In this document: in pieces, positions 20,724-31,140 of the stretch | How the letters are laid out: every line of letters starts with the position of its first letter | Numbering within the stretch: the first letter of the stretch is position 1 | Source: Leptolyngbyaceae cyanobacterium | GTDB taxonomy: Bacteria > Cyanobacteriota > Cyanobacteriia > Phormidesmidales > Phormidesmidaceae | NCBI GenBank assembly: GCA_965263355.1 | Contig: CBDHHL010000049.1 | Coordinates: 32,001 to 96,000, forward strand | Direction of reading: 5' to 3' | DNA: 64,000 bases | Program-made: the position numbers and the translations under genes | The notes under the pieces: generated by a model | Seen by the model: the letters and a program-made list of their open reading frames with translations, nothing else | Databases searched by the model: none | Told to the model about the DNA's origin: nothing

Positions 20724-23700
20724 TTACCCCAAGAACTCAATTCGACCGGTTAGATCTTGATCAGCCGTATTAAACACATCAGAGACCAGATCGTCTCCCT
20801 TGAAAATCCAGGTACTGCTACCCTCCACGCTAAAGCGATAGTCAGCTAGAGAACCACTCAGGACGATAGTGTCTTCTGTTTCATTAAAGTCAAGGATGTC
20901 AGCAAAGTCCTGGTATCCACCATCAGCATAGAAGCTACCGGTTTCATCCCCCAGAACAAAGACATCTGCACCGCCCCCCCCTGTTAGCTGATCAATGCCA
21001 GCAAACCCAACCAGACGTTCACTAGCATCAGTACCCACCAAAGCATCGTTGGCCGATGTACCCTCAATAAGAGTTTTGGGTTCAGCGCTCACATCATCAT
21101 CTTGTTGACCCTCGTTATCATCATCTTGTTGACCCTCGTTATCATCATCTTGTTGACCCTCGTCATCTCCTTCAGAGGATGGCGCATCATCATCGGCAAA
21201 TACAGTTCGACTGGTTAGATCTTGACCAGCCGTATTAAACACATCAGCAACCAGATCGTCTCCCTTGAAAATCCAGGTACTGCTACCCTCCACGCTAAAG
21301 CGATAGTCAGCTAGAGAACCACTCAGGACGATAGTGTCTTCTGACTCATTAAAGTCAAGGATGTCAGCAAAGTCCTGGTATCCACTATCAGCATAGAAGC
21401 TACCGGTTTCATCCCCCAGAACAAAGACATCTGCACCGCCCCCCCCTGTTAGCTGATCAATGCCAGCAAACCCAACCAGACGTTCACTAGCATCAGTACC
21501 CACCAAAGCATCGTTGGCCGATGTACCCTTAATAAGAGTTTTGGGTTCAGCGCTCACATCATCATCATCGTTATCATCATCTTGTTGACCCTCGTCATCT
21601 CCTTCAGAGGATGGCGCATCATCATCGGCAAATACAGTTCGACTGGTTAGATCTTGACCAGCCGTATTAAACACATCAGCAACCAGATCGTCTCCCTTGA
21701 AAATCCAGGTACTGCTACCCTCCACGCTAAAGCGATAGTCAGCTAGAGAACCACTCAGGACGATAGTGTCTTCTGACTCATTAAAGTCAAGGATGTCAGC
21801 AAAGTCCTGGTATCCACCATCAGCATAGAAGCTACCGGTTTCATCCCCCAGAACAAAGACATCTGCACCGCCCCCCCCTGTTAGCTGATCAATGCCAGCA
21901 AACCCAACCAGACGTTCACTAGCATCAGTACCCACCAAAGCATCGTTGGCCGATGTACCCTCAATAAGAGTTTTGCCGTCAGGCTTGGGGATGGTTGAAT
22001 CAGAGATAGGAGAGAAGTCTTTAGTTGAAACCTCAATGGCTAAACGTTGGGTGTCAATATCTCGAAAGTCTTGCCCCTCTCCCAGGATGGCTGTTACGAC
22101 TATGTCATAGATATTATTCCCATCGCTATCTAAAGGTGTTTCCTCACTGGGAATTGTCTTAAATTGGACCTCTCCAGTTGTGGAGTCGATGGTAAACCAC
22201 TCAGCATCATCTCCACCAGTAATAGAATAGCGAATGGGACGCTCATTCCTGAAGGCATCATAGCGCTCTTGCAAGGCGCGTTCATCATCGCTAGCCTCAA
22301 GGGGGGATAGTGGTTTTGCGAATAGATCGGGACCCGCCTGAACTAAATCAGCTAAATCAGCGCCCAAACTCGTATCTGTAAAGAAGAGTCGATCACTTTC
22401 TAGGGTAAAGTCGACACCATTCTCAAAAGTTGCGAGGGACTGCCCCTGATAGAACAGTGTATTGAAGTTGAGTTGATAGTCTTGACGTGAACCATAGAGC
22501 AGTAGTGTATCTTGAGTTGAGAAATCAGCGATCAGGGTCTGGGTGCCAAAACGGATGTAAGCCCCTTGGCGATCGCCCAGAATAATCAGGTCATTGCCGG
22601 ACCCGGTGTTTACAATGCTCTGCTCAACGGCAAGATCAATCACATCATTACCGTCACCAGTAGACACATTAGCTTGAACGGTATTCAGACGGACAATATC
22701 GTTACCCTCACCTGTTGTCACTGTGAAGATGTCTGTACTGTACTCAGGGGGAATGAGGTGATTAGTGATTGTTATGGTATTGTTACCATCGCCAGTATCA
22801 ATATCACCGCCAGTGCCGATCAGGGTGACTTCATCATTACCATCCCCTGCAGTAATAGTAATGTTGCTATCCTGAGTACCTTGAATATGGATAAGGTTAT
22901 TTCCCCCGGTGGTGGTAACAGTAGCATCCTTTGTTAGCAAGTAAATGGAGTCATTGCCACTGCCAGTAGAAATTCTATGGGTGCTGGGGGTGGACAGTAA
23001 ACTAAGGTCAGTGACATCAGCATTGATTACTAAGCTGTCAAGATTGTTGATACCTACGCCAAAAAGACCATAGCTATATATTTGATTATTACCGCCGGTG
23101 GTTTCGACAATATTGTTATCGGCCCCCACTGAAATATAGTCATTGCCACTACCTGTGGTGACTCTGACATCACCAGATTCAGATGTCAAAAAAGCATAGT
23201 TGTTGCCTTCACCAGCATTAATCGTGTAGCTGGTATCAATAGCTTGAGATGAATCGCGTGCATCTACCCCGACAATGGTGTCGTTGCCAGCAGCGGCGGT
23301 CACACGAGCTGTAAAGTCTCCCAGAACAACCAAGTTATTGCCGTCCCCTGTGTCAATATTAACAGGGGTATTCAGGGATGGAAGTACTGGCCATATATAA
23401 TCGCTGGCATCGGTACCAAGGAGGGTGTCGCTACGGAAAAATAATTGAGCATAGGGGATCGCCTGGACCGTTGTGACTTGAGTGCTCCCTGCGCTCGCAG
23501 CTATTTGGGCAAACTCCCCGGCTCCGTCACTGACGATATTAACAACGGTAGGATCTAATCCATCTTCTTGCCAGTATGTCCAGCGCCTGGTACGCACACT
23601 ACTACGACGACGCTCAAAGAGATTTTGATTGTCGATAATAGCCCTAGCTAGGCCTATCTGTTTATCTTGGGTAAAGGCACTCGTTTCCAGGGCTGTTTCC

Positions 23701-24884
23701 AGATCGCTAATGTCTACCCCAACTGTTTGAGCTAGAGTTGTTTGAGTCTCTTGCAAGAGACTGGCATAATTCAGCGAAGAGGTTGAATCCCTCAGGTCGT
23801 AGCCAATGATATCCAGAGCCTGTAAATCCAAGGTGGAGATAGTGGATCGAAACCCTGGAACCAGGGCAGGATCCATAATACCCAGGCTCTTGTAGGTGGC
23901 CTGACGGGCATTTTCTAAAATGGTGGTATAGGTCTGGTCACCAATATCCACTTCGTTTTCCACTAAAAATTGGCTAAGCTGTAATGCTCCGACAAGCTCG
24001 GCATCTCGACTGCTAACTGGGGCTGAAATATTAATTAAGTCCAAAAGTGCCGTGGTTAGATCAAACTCAGGCACTTCTGGTGTCAAATTAGAGTTGTCCG
24101 GTGCTTGATAGGCCCAGTGGCTGGCCTGATAACCCTCTACACCGCCAAAAACGTTAATCAGACCGCTCGCCATGGGGGCAATTGAGGTTTGGCCACCATC
24201 AATGGAGAAATAGACGTCTTGGCCAGGGGTAAATTCTCGGGCTTTAGTTCCAGCACTGCGATCGCTATAGCGAAATAAATCCAGCAGTGACGTTTGTCCC
24301 AAGTTGGCTTGATTGGTAATATCTCCAATCACATCTACACCACTAATAAAGCCCATAATATGGCCTAACTCATGGAGGGCCATGCTGAGAAAGTCTAACT
24401 GACTACTAGATGACGCTGAGGTGCGGGAAAAGTCGTAGCTCCAACTAAAGCTGCTGTCATTGAGATCATTGAAAACAATGTATCCATCAACTGGGGCGAC
24501 TAAATTTTCTAACCCTAGGGCCTTAGCATTGGCCTGGGTAATCGTTAGGTCACTGGCTTGATATTGGGTGTCATTGAGAACAGCACTGTACTGGATATCA
24601 CCATTGGCATCTGATGTGGTGTTGAGGTTCGCAATCGCAATCTCATCATCTATGGATGTAACATCTTGCCCCAGCAACCACTGCACTGTCTCAATGTTTG
24701 TAGTGACATAGGTCGGCAGTGCGCCGCCAACCACAGAAGGGGGCAGCTCATCCGTGGCCGACACGTGAATATTGAAAACCGTATCATCCTGAAAATATTG
24801 ACTCCAAATACGCCCAGCCATTTCGAAACCAATAATCTGTTCCGACGATATCCCAGGTTGAAATGTGAAATTAAAGTTTGTCAT
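20724..24884 (-). CDS. Secreted zinc metalloprotease (NF038122-like) with RTX-type Ca-binding repeats, a cadherin-like domain and three C-terminal repeats
   Basis: ALHELGHIMGF, TQANAKALGL, ASHW, GIMDP; GxGND nonapeptides; YSITGGDDAEWFTIDSTTG...DGNNIYD cadherin-like segment. No signal peptide. Confidence 0.85.
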   Translation of the reverse strand: MTNFNFTFQPGISSEQIIGFEMAGRIWSQYFQDDTVFNIHVSATDELPPSVVGGALPTYVTTNIETVQWLLGQDVTSIDDEIAIANLNTTSDANGDIQYSAVLNDTQYQASDLTITQANAKALGLENLVAPVDGYIVFNDLNDSSFSWSYDFSRTSASSSSQLDFLSMALHELGHIMGFISGVDVIGDITNQANLGQTSLLDLFRYSDRSAGTKAREFTPGQDVYFSIDGGQTSIAPMASGLINVFGGVEGYQASHWAYQAPDNSNLTPEVPEFDLTTALLDLINISAPVSSRDAELVGALQLSQFLVENEVDIGDQTYTTILENARQATYKSLGIMDPALVPGFRSTISTLDLQALDIIGYDLRDSTSSLNYASLLQETQTTLAQTVGVDISDLETALETSAFTQDKQIGLARAIIDNQNLFERRRSSVRTRRWTYWQEDGLDPTVVNIVSDGAGEFAQIAASAGSTQVTTVQAIPYAQLFFRSDTLLGTDASDYIWPVLPSLNTPVNIDTGDGNNLVVLGDFTARVTAAAGNDTIVGVDARDSSQAIDTSYTINAGEGNNYAFLTSESGDVRVTTGSGNDYISVGADNNIVETTGGNNQIYSYGLFGVGINNLDSLVINADVTDLSLLSTPSTHRISTGSGNDSIYLLTKDATVTTTGGNNLIHIQGTQDSNITITAGDGNDEVTLIGTGGDIDTGDGNNTITITNHLIPPEYSTDIFTVTTGEGNDIVRLNTVQANVSTGDGNDVIDLAVEQSIVNTGSGNDLIILGDRQGAYIRFGTQTLIADFSTQDTLLLYGSRQDYQLNFNTLFYQGQSLATFENGVDFTLESDRLFFTDTSLGADLADLVQAGPDLFAKPLSPLEASDDERALQERYDAFRNERPIRYSITGGDDAEWFTIDSTTGEVQFKTIPSEETPLDSDGNNIYDIVVTAILGEGQDFRDIDTQRLAIEVSTKDFSPISDSTIPKPDGKTLIEGTSANDALVGTDASERLVGFAGIDQLTGGGGADVFVLGDETGSFYADGGYQDFADILDFNESEDTIVLSGSLADYRFSVEGSSTWIFKGDDLVADVFNTAGQDLTSRTVFADDDAPSSEGDDEGQQDDDNDDDDVSAEPKTLIKGTSANDALVGTDASERLVGFAGIDQLTGGGGADVFVLGDETGSFYADSGYQDFADILDFNESEDTIVLSGSLADYRFSVEGSSTWIFKGDDLVADVFNTAGQDLTSRTVFADDDAPSSEGDDEGQQDDDNEGQQDDDNEGQQDDDVSAEPKTLIEGTSANDALVGTDASERLVGFAGIDQLTGGGGADVFVLGDETGSFYADGGYQDFADILDFNETEDTIVLSGSLADYRFSVEGSSTWIFKGDDLVSDVFNTADQDLTGRIEFLG
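20748..21975. repeat. Three near-identical ~330-bp intragenic repeats (offsets 465 and 432 bp) with acidic linkers, one containing a 24-bp x3 tandem repeat (21093-21163)
   Basis: TAGATCTTGA anchors at 20751, 21216 and 21648. The 24-bp unit is ATCATCATCTTGTTGACCCTCGTT. A diverged fourth copy ends the paralog at about 24920-25250. Confidence 0.92.
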
Positions 24885-24897
24885 CGTATATACACAT

Positions 24898-26646
24898 TTA
24901 CCCTACGAATACAATCCGACTGGTTAAATCCTGCCCAGCGGTATTAAACACATCAGCGACCAAATCATCTTCCTTGAAAATCCAGGTACTGCTACCCTCC
25001 ACAAGAAAGCGATAATCAGTAAGAAAACCACTCAACACAATCGTGTCTTCTGCTCCATTGAAATCAAGGATGTCAGCAAAGTCCTGGTATTCGTCACCAG
25101 CATAAAAGCTACCGTTCTCATCTCCCAGAACAAACACGTCTGCGCCCTCACCACCTGTCAGCTGATCAATGCCAGCAAACCCTACTAGACGCTCACTTGC
25201 ACTGGTACCGACTAAGAGATCGTTTACCGACGTTCCCTCAATAAGAGTTTCACTATAAATATTGAAAGCACTCTCTTGAATGTTGTTGACCAGGGATGAG
25301 GAGTCCCCTAGTACTTGATTTTCTGGAGTATCAACTTCTTGAAAGAAAATCTGCTGTCTAGTACGCACGCTGCTACGACGGCGTTCAATGAGATCATCAT
25401 CGTCAAAGTCGTCAAAAGTGATTGATTGCTCCATAACAAGGAGACTGGTTATATCGCTCTCAAATTGGGTAAGAGATGCTTGAGTCTCCTGTAGCAAATT
25501 GGCATAATCCAGAGGTGAAACGGTATCGCTGATGTCATAGCCAATCACATCTAGAGCTTGCCGATCCAAATCGGAAATATTAGATCGGTTCCCTGGAACT
25601 AGTGCTGGGTCCATAACCCCCAAGGGAATAGGCACTTGTGACGATGTTGGCAAAATCGTAGTAAATTGCCCATTCAGTAAGTTGACAGGAAATAATAAAA
25701 TATCGCTAGCTAGATTAAAGATGCTAGCAAAGGGATTGGTAATAAACTCAAAGGGGGAAGGAATGTCTAATAGTGGTTCAGAGTTTGTTGTTGATCCCCC
25801 CCAGTGACTTGCCTGGTAGCCCTGAACCTGGCCACCTTCTTCAAATTGGCCGATTGACAGAGGGGCAATGGCGGTTTGACCGCCATCAATGGAAAAATAG
25901 GCAGCCTCTCCAGCCGTTAATTCTTGGGCGTTGAGACTAGCACTGCGATCGCTATAGCGAAAGAGATCTAGCAGTGACGTTTGCGATAGATCAACTTGAT
26001 TACCGGCCTGGTTCTGGCTGTCAAATAAGCCAAAGAGATTGAACAATGAAGGTTGTTGGTTAGTCTGGTTAGCGGTATCCTCAATGGAGTCTACACCACT
26101 AATAAACCCCATGATGTGGCCCAGTTCATGAAGAGCCATACCAAGAAAATCTAACTCAAGATTAGAAAAGGTTGACGTCCGGGGAAAATCATAGTTCCAG
26201 CTGTAAAGACTATCATCAAGGTCATTAAAAATAATGTATCCATCTAGCGAATTGGGGGAGACCAAACTCTCTAAGCCAAGCGCTTTTGCATTGGCCTGGG
26301 TAATGGTGAGGTCGCTGGCCTGATATTCGGTGCCGTTGAGCAGAGCACTGTACTGAGTGTCGCCATTAGATGCAGTTATGGTGTTGAGGTTTGCGATCGC
26401 AACAGCATCATCAATCGATGTAGCATCCTGTGCTAAAGCTGTTTGCACCGTTTCAAGATCCGTAGTGACATAAGCCGGCAGAGCTCCACCAATCACCTCA
26501 GAAGGCAACTCATCTGTCAGGGCTACATGAATATTGAAAACCGTATCGTCTTGAATATACTCACTCCAAATACGCCCAGCCATTTCGAAACCGATAATCT
26601 GTTCCGAAGACATACCAGGCTGAAATGTAAAATTGAAGTTTGTCAT
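24898..26646 (-). CDS. Paralogous secreted zinc metalloprotease (NF038122-like) with one C-terminal RTX-like repeat
   Basis: Same MTNFNFTFQPG start (ATG 26646), ALHELGHIMGF, ASHW and GVMDP. Confidence 0.85.
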   Translation of the reverse strand: MTNFNFTFQPGMSSEQIIGFEMAGRIWSEYIQDDTVFNIHVALTDELPSEVIGGALPAYVTTDLETVQTALAQDATSIDDAVAIANLNTITASNGDTQYSALLNGTEYQASDLTITQANAKALGLESLVSPNSLDGYIIFNDLDDSLYSWNYDFPRTSTFSNLELDFLGMALHELGHIMGFISGVDSIEDTANQTNQQPSLFNLFGLFDSQNQAGNQVDLSQTSLLDLFRYSDRSASLNAQELTAGEAAYFSIDGGQTAIAPLSIGQFEEGGQVQGYQASHWGGSTTNSEPLLDIPSPFEFITNPFASIFNLASDILLFPVNLLNGQFTTILPTSSQVPIPLGVMDPALVPGNRSNISDLDRQALDVIGYDISDTVSPLDYANLLQETQASLTQFESDITSLLVMEQSITFDDFDDDDLIERRRSSVRTRQQIFFQEVDTPENQVLGDSSSLVNNIQESAFNIYSETLIEGTSVNDLLVGTSASERLVGFAGIDQLTGGEGADVFVLGDENGSFYAGDEYQDFADILDFNGAEDTIVLSGFLTDYRFLVEGSSTWIFKEDDLVADVFNTAGQDLTSRIVFVG

Positions 26647-28199
26647 TTGTTCTACAGGGTTTTTATTACGTATTACTGATCTGTCAACATTGCCATCAAG
26701 GACAGCAAACAAACACCAAGCTTTATATAAAGTAAGTGTGAATCAATCAGCTGGTAGATGACAAACCCTTTATGTAAAAAATACATAGCAAACTATAATT
26801 CAAAGTATTTATCTGAGTACTAATTACATCCTAAAAACTTAGACATGGATAGAGACATTGACCGCTATAAAGTAGTTCCATCTCAATCAGGTTCAGAACG
26901 TTAAATTCAGTTAAGGTTTCGTCTATAAAAATTGGCGTATCAGGGGTTTTAAGATGATATATCTGCAGACTTGATGGTTGGGCAGAAAAGTTCCTGAGAA
27001 CTTAAAATAAAATCAATTATATTTCTAGATAAAAGAATTCTAACTGGCCCCTAAAATCAACTTTTCAACTTCTTTATTTTTAATATTTTTTGCAAGCGAC
27101 CGAAGAGTTTGTCTTACCTTAAGAAAGGGGCTGTCAAGATAGAAACCCTTTTGAGATAGCGAATTTAGTTGGCTAAAAAATACCACTCGAAGAGTGTGGA
27201 GTTCAATAGGACGCGACCCTTGTTGAATAACGATTACTCAATCCCATGTATGACTTGGGCGTAATCTCTGTATGCGATATTAAGCGTATCTGAATTGACA
27301 AAAAACAAGTAAGCGAATTACAGATACTTTAAACTCAAAAAATCTTACTTTCTATAACCCAATAAATGTAATAGCCAAACCAAAGTTATTAAAAATATCC
27401 TAAGCCCTAAAAATTCAATGATGTCGCTCTTGAATACATCAAAATGATAGTGCTCGTCTCAAACAAGAACCTCGATAGAGACCTTCTAACAGTAATGAAC
27501 CTAATAATCGGGAAATCAACTAATACTTACAACGAACTAGAAACTCTCATAATTTGAATATTATCCCACGGCAATGTTAGTTAAAGTAATTTAATGTAAG
27601 AAGTTTTGGGCTTTAGTTTGATAGCTAATCCATTAATCATAGATTTCCAATCAGATTAGAAAGTCAACCCAGATTGGCAGTCAGGATCTAATCTCTGTGA
27701 AGCAAATGCAAAGTTCGGTAATAACCACCAGGGATGGTTGTATAAACCTTTCGCGCTAATGCAAGCATCCATCCTATAAAAACTCAACATTTAACGTCTT
27801 ACTATCTCTTACAAAAGATGATTGGCTGCCTTTAGGTGGCGTGCTACTTTTAAGTACATATACGGGGACTCTAAACATAGTTGACTACATAATGCCCTGG
27901 TTTTTATAAAGCTGGTCGATGATTTTGCACATTCAATTAGTTCAAGATGTACAAAACTGTCCTTGTAGTAGTTTGACTGTTTAGATTTTATCGCTAACTG
28001 TTTGTTATTAAGCGTACTTGCTAAGGTAGTGCTGAAATCAAGTTATGTCACTCTTTGCCTTGAGACTGGTTTTATTTTAGCTAGTGATCGGTTTTATCTA
28101 CTGAGTTAGGTTAGGCATAACCTTTTTTGGAAAACTTTACGCTCGAATAGATGGGGCTCTTCTGTTCGTGTGCGCTCGAGTCAAGGAATTTTTATTTAC

Positions 28200-30032
28200 A
28201 TGTCTGGGTCAGTTAGTGCTTGTGAAACACTGGTAGATTTACTTCGACAACGTTCTCAATGTGACGGTGATAAGCTGGGATATGAGTTTTGGCAAACAGG
28301 AGAGACCGTAACCGATACACTAACTTACCAAGAGTTAGATAGTAGGGCGAGGAAGATAGCAGTCTCTCTGCAAAGTAGAAGTCTGGCTGGAGAAAGAGTT
28401 CTACTGTTTTATCTCCCTGGTCTGGATTACATCGCCGCTTTTTTTGGCTGTCTTTATGCTGGGGTTATTGCTGTCCCAGCCTATCCCCCTCGTGGAGTTC
28501 AAAAACTCAATCGTCTACAGTCCATTATTGTTAATTGTTCTGCTAAGTTGGTCCTGACCACTGAAGCAATTCGCGCTAAGTTTGACGGGCGTCTGGAAGG
28601 GAGCAACATGCTATCCCACATTGAGTGGTTAACAACGGATTGGGAACTGCCATCAGCATCGGACTGGCAGTATCCCGACATTAGGGTCGATACCACCGCC
28701 TTTTTGCAATATACCTCCGGTTCAACGGGCAATCCCAAGGGGGTCATGGTTAGCCATCGCAATCTTCTCCATAATTTGGAATTGATTCATCGTTGTTTTG
28801 GCCATAGCCGTGAGAGCAAAGGTGTTATTTGGTTGCCCCCGTATCACGATATGGGTTTGATTGGCGGAATTCTTCAGCCGATTTATGGAGCATTTCCAGT
28901 AGCCTTGATGCCCCCGGTTTATTTTCTTCAGAAACCTCTGCGTTGGTTAAAGGCAATTTCATCCTATCGAGGGACAACGAGTGGTGGTCCCAACTTTGCT
29001 TACCAAATGTGTGTCGAAAAAGCTAAACAACAAGATTTAGAAGGATTAGATCTAAGCAGTTGGGAGATTGCATTTAATGGGGCTGAGCCTATTCGTGCTG
29101 AAACCTTACAGCAATTTATCAAGACATTTACTCCCTACGGTTTTGATCCCGCAGCATTTTATCCTTGTTATGGCATGGCTGAGTCCACATTGATTATTAC
29201 CGGTGGACAAAAGGACGCATCTGCAGTTATTCGCCATTGGAACAAGGGCAGTTTGGGAAATGGGTCTGCTGTCCCCATTAATGAAGCTGACACAATTAGT
29301 CAAGTTACGTCTTTGGTCAGCAGTGGCCATAGCCAACTAAATCATCAGGTTATCATTGTTGATCCAGACACATTTTGTCGATGTAGTTCTAGAACCGTTG
29401 GAGAGATTTGGGTGACTGGTACTAGTGTGGCCCAGGGGTATTGGAATGGTCCGAAGAAAACTGCACAAGCCTTTGGGGCATATTTATCTGATGGAACCTC
29501 TGGACCATTTTTGAGAACTGGAGACTTAGGTTTCCTAGACGAGGATGGCGAACTCTTTGTTGTCGGTAGACTTAAAGATGTATTGATTATCCGTGGGCAA
29601 AATCACTACCCCCACGATATTGAAAAAACCGTTGGCCAGAGCCATGAAGCACTGAGGGCAGATCATGGAGCAGCTATTTCTGTGGAGGTTAAAGAAGTCG
29701 AGCGTTTGGTTCTTATTCATGAGGTCAAGCGCACTCATCTCAAATCCTTAGATATTTCTGACGTCGCCAAGGCTGTGCGACTCTCCGTGACTCAACAACA
29801 TCAGATTTCTCCCTATGCCATTGTGCTGATCAAAACCGGCAGTTTGCCTAAAACATCTAGTGGCAAGGTCAAGCGATATGCTTGCCGAGAGGACTTTTTA
29901 GCCAATCGTCTTGTCATTGTTGATGATTGGGCTGAAGCTCCCACAGTGCGAGCAAAATTTAAGGCCTTGCAATCCGATGTGGATTCAATTCTTAAAACAG
30001 TTCCAGAAGGAACCCTATCCTTAACAGGATAA
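28200..30032 (+). CDS. Fatty acyl-AMP ligase (FAAL, JamA-like)
   Basis: FLQYTSGSTGNPKG, WLPPYHDMGLIG, CYGMAE followed by the FAAL-type insertion, LRTGDLG and PKTSSGK. ATG 28200 preferred over GTG 28170. Confidence 0.92.
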   Translation: MSGSVSACETLVDLLRQRSQCDGDKLGYEFWQTGETVTDTLTYQELDSRARKIAVSLQSRSLAGERVLLFYLPGLDYIAAFFGCLYAGVIAVPAYPPRGVQKLNRLQSIIVNCSAKLVLTTEAIRAKFDGRLEGSNMLSHIEWLTTDWELPSASDWQYPDIRVDTTAFLQYTSGSTGNPKGVMVSHRNLLHNLELIHRCFGHSRESKGVIWLPPYHDMGLIGGILQPIYGAFPVALMPPVYFLQKPLRWLKAISSYRGTTSGGPNFAYQMCVEKAKQQDLEGLDLSSWEIAFNGAEPIRAETLQQFIKTFTPYGFDPAAFYPCYGMAESTLIITGGQKDASAVIRHWNKGSLGNGSAVPINEADTISQVTSLVSSGHSQLNHQVIIVDPDTFCRCSSRTVGEIWVTGTSVAQGYWNGPKKTAQAFGAYLSDGTSGPFLRTGDLGFLDEDGELFVVGRLKDVLIIRGQNHYPHDIEKTVGQSHEALRADHGAAISVEVKEVERLVLIHEVKRTHLKSLDISDVAKAVRLSVTQQHQISPYAIVLIKTGSLPKTSSGKVKRYACREDFLANRLVIVDDWAEAPTVRAKFKALQSDVDSILKTVPEGTLSLTG

Positions 30033-30129
30033 TTCCAAGTCTAATTTTTTGACGACTGAATTTGTTTACTGAAACAGTTTACCGATAGCGGAGTTTATCT
30101 TTTTTTCTTTCCCTGGAGATTTACAATCT

Positions 30130-31140
30130 ATGTCAGTGCCGTTTGAACCACCTTCTTCTAAGATTAGGGTAGATTCCATAATTACTGCTGGAACTGTACC
30201 CTCCAATTTTGAGCGCAAGTCTGTAACCATTGTCAATCAGCAACTGCAAAGCATTCAAAAGCTTTTTGGCTATGCTGCTGTGATTGTACCGGCTCTGGGT
30301 ACGATTGTAGCTCTGGTATTACTGGCTTATCACCCACTGGATAGAGTTAGTGTTGGTCTTTGCATCTTTTTGTACATTGCCACTGTTCTAGGCATTACAG
30401 TGGGATTTCATCGCATTCTCTCCCATTGTTCTGTTAAGGCTAATGGACCTGTGCGAGCAGTATTTGCTGTGTTAGGTTCCATGGCAGCTCAAGGCCATGT
30501 GATTCACTGGGTCAGCAATCATCGCCGCCATCATCAAAATACCGACCAAGCGGGGGATCCCCATTCTCCCCACAGCACCAATGACGGACAACAGCTGGGA
30601 CATTGGCAGGGTTTCTGGCATTCCCACATTGCTTGGATGTTTGAGGGGGAATTTCCCAACGTGTTGTTATCAAAGGATCTTCTCAAGGATCCCATTATTC
30701 TTCAAATTAATCGTTTTTACCTGGGTTGGGTGTTGCTTGGGTTTGTTGTGCCAGCAGCCATTAGTGGACTGGTAAATCAAAGCTGGTGGGGCGTAGCTTA
30801 CGGTCTCCTATGGGGGGGGTTTGTGCGTACATTCCTGGTACATCACATAATTTGGTCCATCAATTCAGTGACTCATCTATATGGTTGTCGACCATTTTCT
30901 ACCATAGAAAACAGCACAAACAATGTTTGGATCGCTCTCCCAAGCTGCGGTGAAGCCTGGCATAACAACCATCATGCTTTCCCTCAATCTGCCAAGTTTG
31001 GTCTGATGTGGTGGCAAGTGGACATTGGCTGGTGGTGCATTCAACTCATGCACCATTTGGGCTGGGTATGGGATGTGAAGGTTCCTACAGGAAAATTGAT
31101 ACAAGCAAAACGTAATTGGGCAGGTGGTCACCATGGGTAA
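30130..31140 (+). CDS. Membrane acyl-ACP desaturase/acetylenase 1 (delta-9/JamB-like family)
   Basis: His boxes HRILSH, HRRHH and HNNHH; DPHSP. Confidence 0.9.
   Translation: MSVPFEPPSSKIRVDSIITAGTVPSNFERKSVTIVNQQLQSIQKLFGYAAVIVPALGTIVALVLLAYHPLDRVSVGLCIFLYIATVLGITVGFHRILSHCSVKANGPVRAVFAVLGSMAAQGHVIHWVSNHRRHHQNTDQAGDPHSPHSTNDGQQLGHWQGFWHSHIAWMFEGEFPNVLLSKDLLKDPIILQINRFYLGWVLLGFVVPAAISGLVNQSWWGVAYGLLWGGFVRTFLVHHIIWSINSVTHLYGCRPFSTIENSTNNVWIALPSCGEAWHNNHHAFPQSAKFGLMWWQVDIGWWCIQLMHHLGWVWDVKVPTGKLIQAKRNWAGGHHG

Noticed and set aside
20748..21975. Regular repeats as a possible CRISPR array
   Set aside because: They are long, in-frame coding repeats with no unique spacers, and no cas genes are present.
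26771..26830. Possible NtcA sites (GTA...TAC)
   Set aside because: The spacings are N5 and N10, not the required N8.
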